In this document: piece by piece, positions 44,358 through 53,190 of the stretch
Numbering within the stretch: the first letter of the stretch is position 1
Layout of the letters: every line of letters begins with the position of its first letter
Source of the DNA: Pseudomonadota bacterium
GTDB lineage: Bacteria > Pseudomonadota > Gammaproteobacteria > Burkholderiales > Burkholderiaceae_A
Assembly (NCBI GenBank): GCA_039800345.1
Contig: JBDLQX010000073.1
Span: 3,697-67,696 of the forward strand
DNA: 64,000 nt
Direction: 5' to 3'
Notes under the pieces: generated by a model
Told to the model about the DNA's origin: nothing
What the model saw: only the letters and a program-made list of their open reading frames with translations
Databases searched by the model: none
Translations under genes and position numbers: made by a program

Positions 44358-46438
44358 TGCAGGCGGCCTCGGCCGAACCGTGGCCAGAGAGTTTTCTTCG
44401 ACTCGGACTGCATCGTCCGCTCGATCTTCTGCTGCACTTTCCCCTCCGTTACGAGGACGAGTCCCAGGTCTGGCCACTATCTCGGCTTCAGACGGGGGAC
44501 TCAGGACAATGTCAGGTGGTGGTGGTCGAGGCGCGGGTGGTCTTCAAGCCCCGCCGCACGCTTCTGATCCGTGTCGCAGATGAGACTGGTGAAGGCATTC
44601 TCCGGTTTCTCTATTTCAAAGAGGCGATGCGCCAGAGCTTTGTGGCGGGCCAGAAGATCCGTGTCGTGGGCCAAGCCAGACGGCTGGGTCTGGGAGACGT
44701 CGAGTTTATTCATCCCCGGATCCGTCAGGGATGGCTTACCGCAGAGGCACTAGCCAAGCAGCCGCTCGTTGCCGTCTATCCCACCACACAGGGCCTGTCC
44801 CAGGCGGTGATTCGTAGGTCCGTGGCGCTCGCCCTGTCAGGCCATCGGCCTCTGGAATGGTTGCCGATCGCCTGGCAGCAGCGACTCGGTCTGGTCGCAC
44901 TGCCTGAGGCCCTCATGGCACTGCATCGTCCCGCAGCCCCTCTGGTGGAGGGTCAGATGGAGGCCGCCTGGAATCGGGTCCGGTTTGATGAACTTCTGGC
45001 CCAGCAGGTTGCGCTACGGCGTGCTCGGCTGCGACGCGCAGGCCACCGTGCGCCGCGTTTAGAAGATACCCGGGGCCTCGCCTCTCGTCTGCTCCAGTTA
45101 TTACCTTTTACGCTCACCCCGGGCCAGCATCAGGCCTGGCGGCAGGTCTATGCCGATCTCTGCCTTGATCGCCCAGTACATCGACTCATTCAAGGCGATG
45201 TGGGTAGCGGGAAGACGGTAATTGCCGCACTGGCTGCGGCCCAGGCGATCGGATCGGGCTATCAGGCCGCCGTGATGGCTCCCACGGAGATTCTCGCGGC
45301 GCAACTCTTCGAGAAGCTCAGCCAGTGGCTCTCGCCGTTGGGTGTCGAGACCGTATTTCTGAAGGGGGGCAGTGCCGCCGCCCAGAGACGGGAGGCGGTT
45401 GCCCGCATGGCCGCTAAGGAGCCGTGCCTGGTGGTGGGCACGCATGCGCTGATTCAGAAGGACATCACATTTGGGCGACTAGGCATAGCGGTTATTGATG
45501 AGCAGCATCGCTTTGGGGTGGCGCAGCGCATGGCACTGCGTGATCGGCTTGTCTCAGAAGATCAGACCACCTGCCATATTCTCGGAATGTCGGCTACGCC
45601 CATACCGCGGAGTCTCGCGATGACTTTTCTGGCCGATCTCGATGTCTCGATCATTCAAGATCGTCCCAAGGGCCGCCTACCGATTCAGACAAGGCTAATG
45701 TCCCAGTCGCGGCGAGAGGAGTTGCTTGCGCGGGTTTTGCATTTCCTTGACCACGAGGGCCAGGCTTACTGGGTCTGTCCGGTGATCGAAGAACAGGAGG
45801 AGGCCGAGCATAAAAATCCCCTGATGGCACTGGAGGAGACCCAGGCCTGGCTTGCCCCTGTGCTTGGAGATCGGATGGTTGTCGTGCATGGGCGGCTGCG
45901 GCCAGAGGAGAAGTCGGCAGCCATGGCCCGGTTTGTCTCCGGGGAGGCACGGCTCCTTCTGGCAACCACCGTGATTGAGGTGGGAGTGGATGTCCCTGCT
46001 GCCCGGCTCATCGTCATCGACCATGCCGAGCGTTTTGGTCTTGCGCAGTTACATCAATTACGGGGGCGGGTAGGGCGGGGGCAAGGCCAGAGCACCTGCG
46101 TGCTGCTCTACGACCCCCCGCTCTCTGAAGCGGCCCGAGACCGGCTCAAGGCCCTCTACGAGACTGAAGACGGCTTTGAACTTGCGAATCGCGACCTTGC
46201 GCAGCGGGGGCCGGGCGAGATTTTGGGCATGCGACAATCCGGTGAGGTAGGGTTGCGGTTTACTGATCTTGTGCGCGACCGTGCACTGGTGCAGGCGGCA
46301 GTCGACTACGGTCAGCAGATCGCCCAGGCCTACGAAGATGAGGCGGCACTCGAAGCGTTGGGGCTGTCTCGCACGGCGATAGAGGCGCTTCTCGATCGAT
46401 GGGCCCGTCGCGCCGATGATCTGTTGAGCAGTGTCTGA
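44354..46438 (+). CDS. recG: ATP-dependent DNA helicase RecG
   Basis: 694 aa. It has the wedge-domain N-terminus 'PLRYED' and the helicase motifs 'GDVGSGKT', 'DEQHRFGV' and 'SATPIPRS', plus '[11 protein letters not shown]' and the TRG motif region. Confidence 0.95.
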   Translation: MMQAASAEPWPESFLRLGLHRPLDLLLHFPLRYEDESQVWPLSRLQTGDSGQCQVVVVEARVVFKPRRTLLIRVADETGEGILRFLYFKEAMRQSFVAGQKIRVVGQARRLGLGDVEFIHPRIRQGWLTAEALAKQPLVAVYPTTQGLSQAVIRRSVALALSGHRPLEWLPIAWQQRLGLVALPEALMALHRPAAPLVEGQMEAAWNRVRFDELLAQQVALRRARLRRAGHRAPRLEDTRGLASRLLQLLPFTLTPGQHQAWRQVYADLCLDRPVHRLIQGDVGSGKTVIAALAAAQAIGSGYQAAVMAPTEILAAQLFEKLSQWLSPLGVETVFLKGGSAAAQRREAVARMAAKEPCLVVGTHALIQKDITFGRLGIAVIDEQHRFGVAQRMALRDRLVSEDQTTCHILGMSATPIPRSLAMTFLADLDVSIIQDRPKGRLPIQTRLMSQSRREELLARVLHFLDHEGQAYWVCPVIEEQEEAEHKNPLMALEETQAWLAPVLGDRMVVVHGRLRPEEKSAAMARFVSGEARLLLATTVIEVGVDVPAARLIVIDHAERFGLAQLHQLRGRVGRGQGQSTCVLLYDPPLSEAARDRLKALYETEDGFELANRDLAQRGPGEILGMRQSGEVGLRFTDLVRDRALVQAAVDYGQQIAQAYEDEAALEALGLSRTAIEALLDRWARRADDLLSSV

Positions 46439-46558
46439 GGATTCAATGCTGTGCTGCCGCGCCACCAGTCGGGATGGGCGGCAGACTTTATGTGCAGTCT
46501 GGATCTGGGCTGCAGAGAATATTGGTTTTTGTAGAGGCGAAGAGTCCCTGAGAATGCG

Positions 46559-47485
46559 ATGACCCTGACTGAACTTCGATACATTGTGGCGGTGGCCCGC
46601 GAGCGGCATTTTGGTCGCGCGGCAGAGGCCTGTTTTGTGAGCCAGCCTACCCTTTCTGTCAGTGTCAAAAAACTCGAGGGAGAGCTTGGTACCCAGATCT
46701 TCGAGCGAGGCGGCACAGAGGTAGCGCTCACCCCTATTGGTGAACAGCTCGTGGTCCAGGCGCAGCGCATCCTCGATGAGACGTCAAAGATGAAGGGCAT
46801 TGCCGAGCAGGGCAGAGATCCCTTAACGGGGCCGCTGAAGGCCGGTGTGATCTACACCATTGGCCCGTACCTTCTGCCGAAGATTGTGATGGCGCTGATT
46901 AAAGAGTATCCGCAGATGCCGCTTATCTTGTCGGAGAACTACACCGTCAAGCTGCTCGAACAGTTACGTACCGGGGAGCTCGATGTGGCCATTCTCGCCG
47001 AGCCTTTTGACACCACGGGCCTAGACATTGTGCCGCTCTATGACGAGGAGTTTCTGGTGGCAGTACCCAAAGGCCACCCCTGGGCGCAGCGTAAGGCGAT
47101 CGAGTCCGTAGACCTAAAGCAGCAGACCATGCTCCTTCTGGGCGTCGGCCATTGCTTTCGAGATCAGGTCTTAGAAGTCTGCCCAGAGGCCGCCCGATTC
47201 GCGCAGAATTCGGCGGGTATTCAGAAGACCTTTGAAGGCAGCTCTCTAGAAACGATTCGGCATATGGTGGCCTCCGGGCTCGGTATCACGGTGCTGCCGC
47301 GTATGGCCGTGCCTCTCGATGGCCAAGACCCCATGTTGACTTTTATTCCCTTTGCCCCGCCCGTGCCGCTCAGACGGGTGGTCATGGCCTCTCGTAAGAG
47401 CTTTGCCCGACAGCCGGCAGCCCAGTGTCTCAGTGATGTCATTCTGCAGTCGGATCTCCCGGGCTGCATCAAGCTCTCTTCGTAG
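46559..47485 (+). CDS. oxyR: LysR-family peroxide-sensing regulator OxyR
   Basis: 308 aa with the HTH 'LRYIVAVARERHFGRAAEACFVSQPTLSVSVKKLE'. The redox Cys pair context 'GHCFRDQVLEVC' matches the OxyR C199/C208 spacing. Confidence 0.85.
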   Translation: MTLTELRYIVAVARERHFGRAAEACFVSQPTLSVSVKKLEGELGTQIFERGGTEVALTPIGEQLVVQAQRILDETSKMKGIAEQGRDPLTGPLKAGVIYTIGPYLLPKIVMALIKEYPQMPLILSENYTVKLLEQLRTGELDVAILAEPFDTTGLDIVPLYDEEFLVAVPKGHPWAQRKAIESVDLKQQTMLLLGVGHCFRDQVLEVCPEAARFAQNSAGIQKTFEGSSLETIRHMVASGLGITVLPRMAVPLDGQDPMLTFIPFAPPVPLRRVVMASRKSFARQPAAQCLSDVILQSDLPGCIKLSS

Positions 47486-47521
47486 CACATCATAGTGCCG
47501 GGTTCTTTTCTAGGATCAGTC

Positions 47522-48445
47522 ATGTCACAGCCGTACGATTCTTCTCGCTACCCCTCGCTTGAGGCGTCGGTGGGCCAGACCCCCTTGGTGGTACTTCGCC
47601 GCATTGTCGGGCCGGAGCAGTCTGCCCGCGGCAACGTCATCCTCGGAAAGCTCGAAGGAAATAATCCAGCCGGATCGGTCAAAGATCGGCCCGCTGTCTC
47701 GATGATTGCCCGTGCCGAGGCGCGCGGGGACATTCGGCCTGGGGACACACTCATCGAGGCCACCAGTGGCAATACAGGGATCGCCCTCGCGATGGCTGCG
47801 GCCATGCGCGGGTATCGAATGGTCTTGATCATGCCGGATAACCTGTCGCTTGAGCGGCGACAGACTATGAAGGCCTTTGGTGCCGAACTTATTCTCGTAA
47901 CGCAAAAAGAAGGTATGGAGGGCGCACGCGACCTGGCCGATCAGATGCAGGCCGAAGGTCAGGGCCGGGTGCTGAATCAGTTCTCCAATGACGATAACTG
48001 GATTGCCCACTATGAGGGCACCGGGCCAGAGATCTGGGCACAGACCCAGGGGCGCGTCACCCATTTTGTTTCGGCCATGGGCACCACGGGCACGATTACC
48101 GGAGTCTCCCGATACCTCAAAGAGCGCAATCCCTCGATACAGATTGTTGGTGCCCAGCCTGCGGATGGATCGTCCATTCCGGGCATTCGCAAGTGGTCTC
48201 CCGACTATATTCCACCGATTCGGGCAAAGGCGTTTATTGATCGCATCGAGGAGGTGACCCAGGCCGAGGCAGAAGAGATGGCCCGCCGTCTTGCATCGAC
48301 CGAGGGCCTGTTCTGCGGGCCGTCGGCAGCCGGGGCCTGCCTGATAGCGCTACGCGTTGCCCAAGACCTGGAGAATGCCACCGTGGTCTTTGTAGTCTGT
48401 GACCGCGGCGACCGCTATCTGTCCACCGGTATTTTTCCCGGATAG
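47522..48445 (+). CDS. cysM: Cysteine synthase B (O-acetylserine sulfhydrylase B)
   Basis: 'VGQTPLVVL', 'GNNPAGSVKDRPA' (PLP Lys) and 'SGNTGIALAM'. The ATG at 47522 lies 6 nt after AGGA and is preferred over the track GTG at 47495. Confidence 0.88.
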   Translation: MSQPYDSSRYPSLEASVGQTPLVVLRRIVGPEQSARGNVILGKLEGNNPAGSVKDRPAVSMIARAEARGDIRPGDTLIEATSGNTGIALAMAAAMRGYRMVLIMPDNLSLERRQTMKAFGAELILVTQKEGMEGARDLADQMQAEGQGRVLNQFSNDDNWIAHYEGTGPEIWAQTQGRVTHFVSAMGTTGTITGVSRYLKERNPSIQIVGAQPADGSSIPGIRKWSPDYIPPIRAKAFIDRIEEVTQAEAEEMARRLASTEGLFCGPSAAGACLIALRVAQDLENATVVFVVCDRGDRYLSTGIFPG

Positions 48446-48449
48446 GCGG

Positions 48450-48491
48450 ACAGAACACAGAACACAGAACACAGAAAACAGAAAACAGAAA
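48450..48491. repeat. Heptanucleotide tandem repeat (ACAGAAC)x3(ACAGAAA)x3 in the convergent cysM/rsfS intergenic gap
   Basis: Read directly. Six contiguous 7-mers start 5 nt after the cysM stop and end 7 nt before the rsfS stop. Confidence 0.9.
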
Positions 48492-48497
48492 ACCCGG

Positions 48498-49220
48498 CTA
48501 CGGTTTCTTTTTTGCCGGGGCTTTTTTGGCCCCCGCTTTTTTTGCAGGCGCTGCACTCGCCATCGGTTTTTTTATAGCCGGTGTTTTCGCAACGGGCTTT
48601 CCTGCGGTCGGTTTTTTCGCGGCTGGCTTGTTCGCGGCTGGCTTGTTCGCGGCTGGCTTGTTCGCGGTGGGCTTTTTTGCCGCTGGCTTTTTAGCCGCTT
48701 GTTTTTTCGCGGCTGGGGCGCCTGCCTTATTGCTTGCTGCCGTTTTTGCTGGTTTCTTGGGCGCCGCGGCGTCGCCTGTCTTCGTGCCGGCGGCTTGCTT
48801 TGTGGGTTTTTCGGCAATCGGATTACGTGCGGTGGGTTTGCGCTTCACGGGCGCCTTGACGCGGCGAAATGCGGAGACCACCGAGGCGAGCGGCAGCTGT
48901 TTTTCCCCCCAGATGTCTTCCAGCCGGTAGTACTCTCGAATGGCGGGCTGGAGAATATGCACCACCGCATCGCCGCAGTCGACTAAGACCCACTCCCCGG
49001 TGTCTTCGCCTTCTGATCCAAATACTTCTCCCCCCCCTTTTTTTACCTTGTCATGCACATTCTTGGCGAGGGCCCGCGTCTGGCGGTTGGAGGTACCCGT
49101 CGCGATAATCACTCGGTCGAAGAGGTCGGTGAGTCCCGTGGTGTCGCAGACGAGGATACTTTGGCCCTTCATGTCTTCAAGGGCGTCGACGATGAGGTAC
49201 TGCAGTGTTTCGATATTCAG
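48498..49220 (-). CDS. rsfS: Ribosomal silencing factor RsfS (iojap) with a ~130-aa Lys/Ala/Pro-rich C-terminal tail; probable CTG start
   Basis: The core 'LQYLIVDALEDMKGQSILVCDTTGLTDLFDRVIIATGTSNRQ...WVLVDCGDAVVHILQP..REYYRLEDIW' parallels E. coli RsfS. The conserved N-terminus lies upstream of the first ATG (49172). The in-frame CTG at 49220 lies 6 nt after AGGAGG (49232-49227), and there is no ATG/GTG/TTG between it and the upstream in-frame stop. Confidence 0.85.
   Translation of the reverse strand: MNIETLQYLIVDALEDMKGQSILVCDTTGLTDLFDRVIIATGTSNRQTRALAKNVHDKVKKGGGEVFGSEGEDTGEWVLVDCGDAVVHILQPAIREYYRLEDIWGEKQLPLASVVSAFRRVKAPVKRKPTARNPIAEKPTKQAAGTKTGDAAAPKKPAKTAASNKAGAPAAKKQAAKKPAAKKPTANKPAANKPAANKPAAKKPTAGKPVAKTPAIKKPMASAAPAKKAGAKKAPAKKKP
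48621..48665 (-). repeat. 3 x 15-nt perfect tandem repeat (GGCTGGCTTGTTCGC) encoding (ANKPA)x3 within the rsfS tail
   Basis: Read directly from the sequence. It is embedded in a longer degenerate AAKKP/ANKPA-coding region. Confidence 0.9.
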
Positions 49221-49879
49221 GGTGGACCTCCTAGCAGGTGAAGATAGATCTGGTGATCATGAATATACCGCGCGACTGCGGGGCTCACCGTTTCACCGAG
49301 GGGGCGCCCGTCGTGCACACGCTGGCGTATATCGGTGGATGAGACCGCATCGGGGGGAAGCACAATGGGGTAAAGCTTTGCCCCTGCGGCTATTAGTGCC
49401 TGCTCGGCGCTCGTACCGGTCGCGCCTGGGCGCCGACAGACAGCCAGGGAGAGTGACTGCGCAAGCCATTGCCATTGCCGCCACTGGGTAAACGAGGCAA
49501 GCTGGTCTTCGCCGAGAATCCAGACCAGGGGTCTGCCGGGGTATTCCGCCTGAAACGAGGCCACAGTAACGAAGCTAGCGCTTTCTTTGCCCTGTCGGGC
49601 GGCCACGACCTCTCGGTCATCAAGCACCATCCGGGGGTCCTGCAGCGCCTCGAGTACCAGTCGTGTCATGGCAAGCCGATGGTCTGCAGAGGCACTGGCG
49701 ACCTTATGCACGGGCTGGCCAGTCACCAGCCAGCGTACTTCTTCAAGCCCGAGTTGGTCGGCGGCGGCCTGCGCCATAGCGACATGGGCGCGGTGCACGG
49801 GGTCAAACCTTCCGCCAAATAGCCCCAAGGCATGAGGCGGGACCGCAACTGTGGGAGGGGCGGGCAGAGGCTGCTCCAT
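49217..49879 (-). CDS. nadD: Nicotinate-nucleotide adenylyltransferase
   Basis: 'LGLFGGRFDPVHRAHV' is the (H/T)xGH nucleotidyltransferase motif, and 'SSTDIRQRV' is the C-terminal motif. The start is set at Met 49879 ('MEQPLP...'), because the track ORF extends upstream into the chrA stop region. Confidence 0.85.
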   Translation of the reverse strand: MEQPLPAPPTVAVPPHALGLFGGRFDPVHRAHVAMAQAAADQLGLEEVRWLVTGQPVHKVASASADHRLAMTRLVLEALQDPRMVLDDREVVAARQGKESASFVTVASFQAEYPGRPLVWILGEDQLASFTQWRQWQWLAQSLSLAVCRRPGATGTSAEQALIAAGAKLYPIVLPPDAVSSTDIRQRVHDGRPLGETVSPAVARYIHDHQIYLHLLGGPP

Positions 49880-49887
49880 GGACACGA

Positions 49888-51399
49888 CTAAGGCAGACCA
49901 AGTGCGCTGGCAACGACTCCGAGGGAGATACAAATTAACATGGTGATCACCATGCCCATACGGAATTGCAACATCAGGATGATTGCCAGACTTGCGATCA
50001 ACCCAGCCACCAGATCGAGCATGCGAATGGAGCCCCAGTCGCCCGTGGGTGTTGGCCATAGGATGTAGCGCGCAAAGATCAGGCTGAGGTCGATCATGAC
50101 CGCCACCACAGCGGCACTGATGGCCGTGAGCGGCACCGACCAGGCGGGTATCTTTCTGCTGGCCTCAATCCAGGGGGCACCCGCCAAGATAAATACAAAG
50201 GACGGGAAAAAGGTACAGATCGCAACCACTACGGCCCCAAGACAGCCCGCCGCCAAGATGGGCAGGGCAGTAAGGCTCGTGTGTTGGGCGGCTGCGACAA
50301 ATCCAAGAAAGACGTTGACCATTGACAAGGGGCCCGGTGTCGTTTCTGCCAAAGCAATACTGTCAATCAGTTGGCCGGTGGTGACCCACTGCTTCTCGTT
50401 AACGAGCGTGTCAAAGACATAGGGCATGACCGCGTAGGCCCCGCTAAATGTCAGCAGGCTTGCCTTAATGAAAAACCCCGCCATTTCAGCCAACATGCCC
50501 GGGAAATAAAGCTTTAGTGCGCCGTAGAAGATACTGAAGACGGCAATGGCAATCGCCAAGGCACCTGCGACATAGCTGAGGTCGAAGTGGCTGGTCTGAG
50601 GCGGGGGTGTCTGATCATCAATAGCGTATCCCTCTGCCTCGGTACTTACGGGCTGCACTGGCTTCGCACGTGCGGCTGTTACGAATCGGGATGATTCTCT
50701 GGCGAGACTTGAGGGCATGAGCCCCATGGGAAGGTCGCTGAGGGGATGCGTAGAGAAGAGATGCAACATCCATCCCGCTAAGCCCGCAAGCACAACGACG
50801 GTGATGAAGGAGGCGCCGACCTGGAGCAGAAAAAATGTTGTCAGCGCAATACCCCACCAGAGTCTTCCGACAAGAACCCGCTGGGCCAATCGCACACTGG
50901 CGGTTAGCACGATGGCGAGCACTGCAGGCTTCAGGCCGTAGAGTAAGGCCTGCACCTCAGCAACCTGGCCGTAATGAACATAGAGCCCCGCCATTGCCAT
51001 CATGATGGCAAGAGAGGGCAGAATAACAAGTAGACCCGCCGATATGGCACCCCAGGCCCCATGCAGCAGCCAGCCGATATAAGTGGCCAGTTGTTGCGAT
51101 TCTGGGCCCGGCAACACCATGCAAAAGTTCAAGGCATGCATGAAGCGCTTAGGCGAGATCCATCGGCGCTTGACCACGAGTTCTTGATGCATCAAAGCAA
51201 GCTGGGCGGGTGGACTGCCAAAGGAGATCCAGCCAAGAATGAACCAGAGGCGCAACGCCTGAAAGAAGGAAATCGAATGTCGAACGGCGGCCTTCTCGGG
51301 GGCAGCGCTCTGGTCCGGCGGCAGGAGCGCTTCAGCGGCCAAGGAGTTGCTCGATATCTTGGGCAAGCTTTTCTGCGGTGATGTCATGAGGAGCGACAA
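49888..51399 (-). CDS. chrA: Chromate ion transporter (CHR family, two-domain ChrA)
   Basis: 503 aa with two CHR halves ('FFQALRLWFILGWISFGSPPAQLALMHQELV', 'FFIKASLLTFSGAYAVMPYV'). The start is uncertain: TTG 51399 overlaps the upstream gene by 68 nt, and in-frame ATG 51387 and a later TTG are alternatives. Confidence 0.8.
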   Translation of the reverse strand: MSLLMTSPQKSLPKISSNSLAAEALLPPDQSAAPEKAAVRHSISFFQALRLWFILGWISFGSPPAQLALMHQELVVKRRWISPKRFMHALNFCMVLPGPESQQLATYIGWLLHGAWGAISAGLLVILPSLAIMMAMAGLYVHYGQVAEVQALLYGLKPAVLAIVLTASVRLAQRVLVGRLWWGIALTTFFLLQVGASFITVVVLAGLAGWMLHLFSTHPLSDLPMGLMPSSLARESSRFVTAARAKPVQPVSTEAEGYAIDDQTPPPQTSHFDLSYVAGALAIAIAVFSIFYGALKLYFPGMLAEMAGFFIKASLLTFSGAYAVMPYVFDTLVNEKQWVTTGQLIDSIALAETTPGPLSMVNVFLGFVAAAQHTSLTALPILAAGCLGAVVVAICTFFPSFVFILAGAPWIEASRKIPAWSVPLTAISAAVVAVMIDLSLIFARYILWPTPTGDWGSIRMLDLVAGLIASLAIILMLQFRMGMVITMLICISLGVVASALGLP

Positions 51400-51943
51400 G
51401 CCGCAATCTTCCTTCGGGATCGAAGATGTAGGCGAAGGTGGTGTGGTCTATCGTGTAGGCGAGCGGATCTTGTGGGTTGGTCGTCGAGGGCACCTTCTTG
51501 TAATAGACCCGAAAATCCTTTGCCACTGCCTGCGTCTGCTCGATACTGCCGCGTAGCCCAACAAATTGGGGGTCAAAGGCAGCAAGAAACTTCGCAAGAG
51601 ATTCGGGCGCGTCCCGTTCGGGGTCTACCGTGATGAACACGACCGCCACGTCTTCGGCCTGAGGACCAAGTTGCTTCTTGACCTCTGACATTTTGATGAG
51701 ATGGGTCGGGCAGGCATCCGGGCAGTAGAGGAAACCAAAAAAGACCGCTACCGCCTTACCCTTGAAGTCTGCCAGCGAGGTTGTCTTTCCGTGAAGGTCG
51801 GGGAGGGAGAAGTCTTGGCCCCACTGCGCCCCGGTGACGTCCATGCTCTGAAACTGCGGGGGTTTGGGCGCACAGGCAGCAAGGAGGAGGAAGAATGCGG
51901 GAGCGATGAGTCGCCGCGATAGAAAGAAGCGCATGGTTTTCAT
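51332..51943 (-). CDS. SCO1/SenC family copper chaperone/thiol-disulfide oxidoreductase lipoprotein
   Basis: 203 aa with the lipobox 'LLLAACA' and a thioredoxin-fold 'FGFLYCPDACPTHL' CxxxC motif. Confidence 0.88.
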   Translation of the reverse strand: MKTMRFFLSRRLIAPAFFLLLAACAPKPPQFQSMDVTGAQWGQDFSLPDLHGKTTSLADFKGKAVAVFFGFLYCPDACPTHLIKMSEVKKQLGPQAEDVAVVFITVDPERDAPESLAKFLAAFDPQFVGLRGSIEQTQAVAKDFRVYYKKVPSTTNPQDPLAYTIDHTTFAYIFDPEGRLRLVAPHDITAEKLAQDIEQLLGR

Positions 51944-51966
51944 AAATAACGTTATTTTACGGCCCT

Positions 51967-53190
51967 ATGTCCTTAAATCGCCAAAAGCCGGAGCCGTCTA
52001 GCGGGCAGGGGCCCGACCTCCTGCAGCCGGCGCAGTCGTGGGCCCACCGCGGGTCTACCCGTTCGGTGGCAATTATTGGCGGGGGGCTTGCGGGGGCCTG
52101 TGTTGCACGTGCGCTGGTACGCGCTGCGACGGTGTCTGGGGGTGGCGAACTCAACATCACTCTATTCGAGGCGTCGGCCGGTGTCGCCATGGGGGCTTCG
52201 GCTGTGCCCGTCGCCGTGCTGCACCCCCTGGATTCGCGTGATCACAATCTCGCTAGCCAGTTCTTTGCCCAGGGGGTGAAGGCCACGATGGACTGGACCT
52301 ATGACCTTGGGGGCGTGACATCCGGCTGGGCTGATTTTTCTGGCGTAGATCAGAACGTGGTGCCCGGCCTGAACGCACCCAGCCGTCAGCAAGGAGGATG
52401 GGTACGGCCAGCAGCTTTCATTCGTGCCTGCCTGGAGGATGTCTGCGCACGTCTCGGCGGAAGATTCCATCTGGCCCTGGGCCAGGGTATCCGCGCAGCG
52501 CAATGGAAAGATCTCAAGGAGGCTTTTGATGTCGTGGTGGTCTGTTGCGCCCAGGATGATCTTCTCGCCCAGGCGGGCTTGGCGCTGCAGCCTTTGGCAG
52601 GCCAACTCTCGTCTGGCGAGATTGCCCCGGACCAACTGCCTTTTGTGTATAGACGTTTTGCGCGCGTGACCTGTGGCCAGGGTTTTGTCACACCAGTCAT
52701 CGACGGCCAGATTTTTTTTGGCGCCACCTTTCATCGGGGGCGTCGTCAGATTGAGGTGACCTTCGAGGATCACCAGGCCAATCTTAATCAGCTCGATCGG
52801 CTCTGGCCGGAGGCCGAGCGGCCGCTCGGGCTCAGGCCAGAGCGTCTTGGCGGATGGGCAGGGGTGCGGTTCGCGACGCGGGATCGCCTCCCGCACATTG
52901 GACAGCCCGTCGCGGCCTCGGTCTATCGGTGCGGTCTTTCGCCCTGGCGGCTCGCCCGCTCGGTATCGCAGCTGTACCAGTTGCCTCGCGATCCTGGGGT
53001 CTTTGTCTTACTTGGCCTGGGCGCGCGGGGGCTATCGACAGCACCGCTCGGCGCGACTGCGGTAGCCGCCGATATTCTCGGACTGCCCCCCGTACTGAGC
53101 CCACGGCTAAGGCATGCGGTCGATCCTGGCCGATTTGTGCTGCGAGAACACGCACGGGCTCGGGGAGACGGTAGACTGAACGGGCCATGA
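51967..53190 (+). CDS. FAD-dependent oxidoreductase (DAO family; resembles the oxidoreductase half of tRNA-modifying MnmC, without the methyltransferase half)
   Basis: 407 aa with the 'VAIIGGGLAGACVARAL' dinucleotide motif and 'GWAGVRFATRDRLPHIGQ'. No SAM-methyltransferase domain is seen in this ORF or its neighbours. Confidence 0.6.
   Translation: MSLNRQKPEPSSGQGPDLLQPAQSWAHRGSTRSVAIIGGGLAGACVARALVRAATVSGGGELNITLFEASAGVAMGASAVPVAVLHPLDSRDHNLASQFFAQGVKATMDWTYDLGGVTSGWADFSGVDQNVVPGLNAPSRQQGGWVRPAAFIRACLEDVCARLGGRFHLALGQGIRAAQWKDLKEAFDVVVVCCAQDDLLAQAGLALQPLAGQLSSGEIAPDQLPFVYRRFARVTCGQGFVTPVIDGQIFFGATFHRGRRQIEVTFEDHQANLNQLDRLWPEAERPLGLRPERLGGWAGVRFATRDRLPHIGQPVAASVYRCGLSPWRLARSVSQLYQLPRDPGVFVLLGLGARGLSTAPLGATAVAADILGLPPVLSPRLRHAVDPGRFVLREHARARGDGRLNGP

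Noticed and set aside
48450-48665. Whether the heptamer and 15-mer tandem repeats could be a degenerate CRISPR array or other spaced-repeat system.
   Set aside because: The repeats are contiguous with no spacers and are far too short. One set is coding. No cas genes are present anywhere in the window.
48399-48986. Plus-strand ORFs (48399..48986, 48526..48930) with striking Phe/Gly/Ala/Cys/Arg repeats opposite the rsfS tail.
   Set aside because: They are the mirror image of the Lys/Ala/Pro-coding repeats. The minus-strand frame is contiguous with a bona fide RsfS domain, so these are antisense artefacts.
51332-51399. 68-nt same-strand overlap between the SCO1-like gene and chrA as a possible programmed overlap or frameshift.
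   Set aside because: The chrA track start is a TTG with no SD. In-frame ATG 51387 and a TTG 8 nt before the SCO1 stop are alternatives, so this is most simply a start-codon assignment ambiguity.
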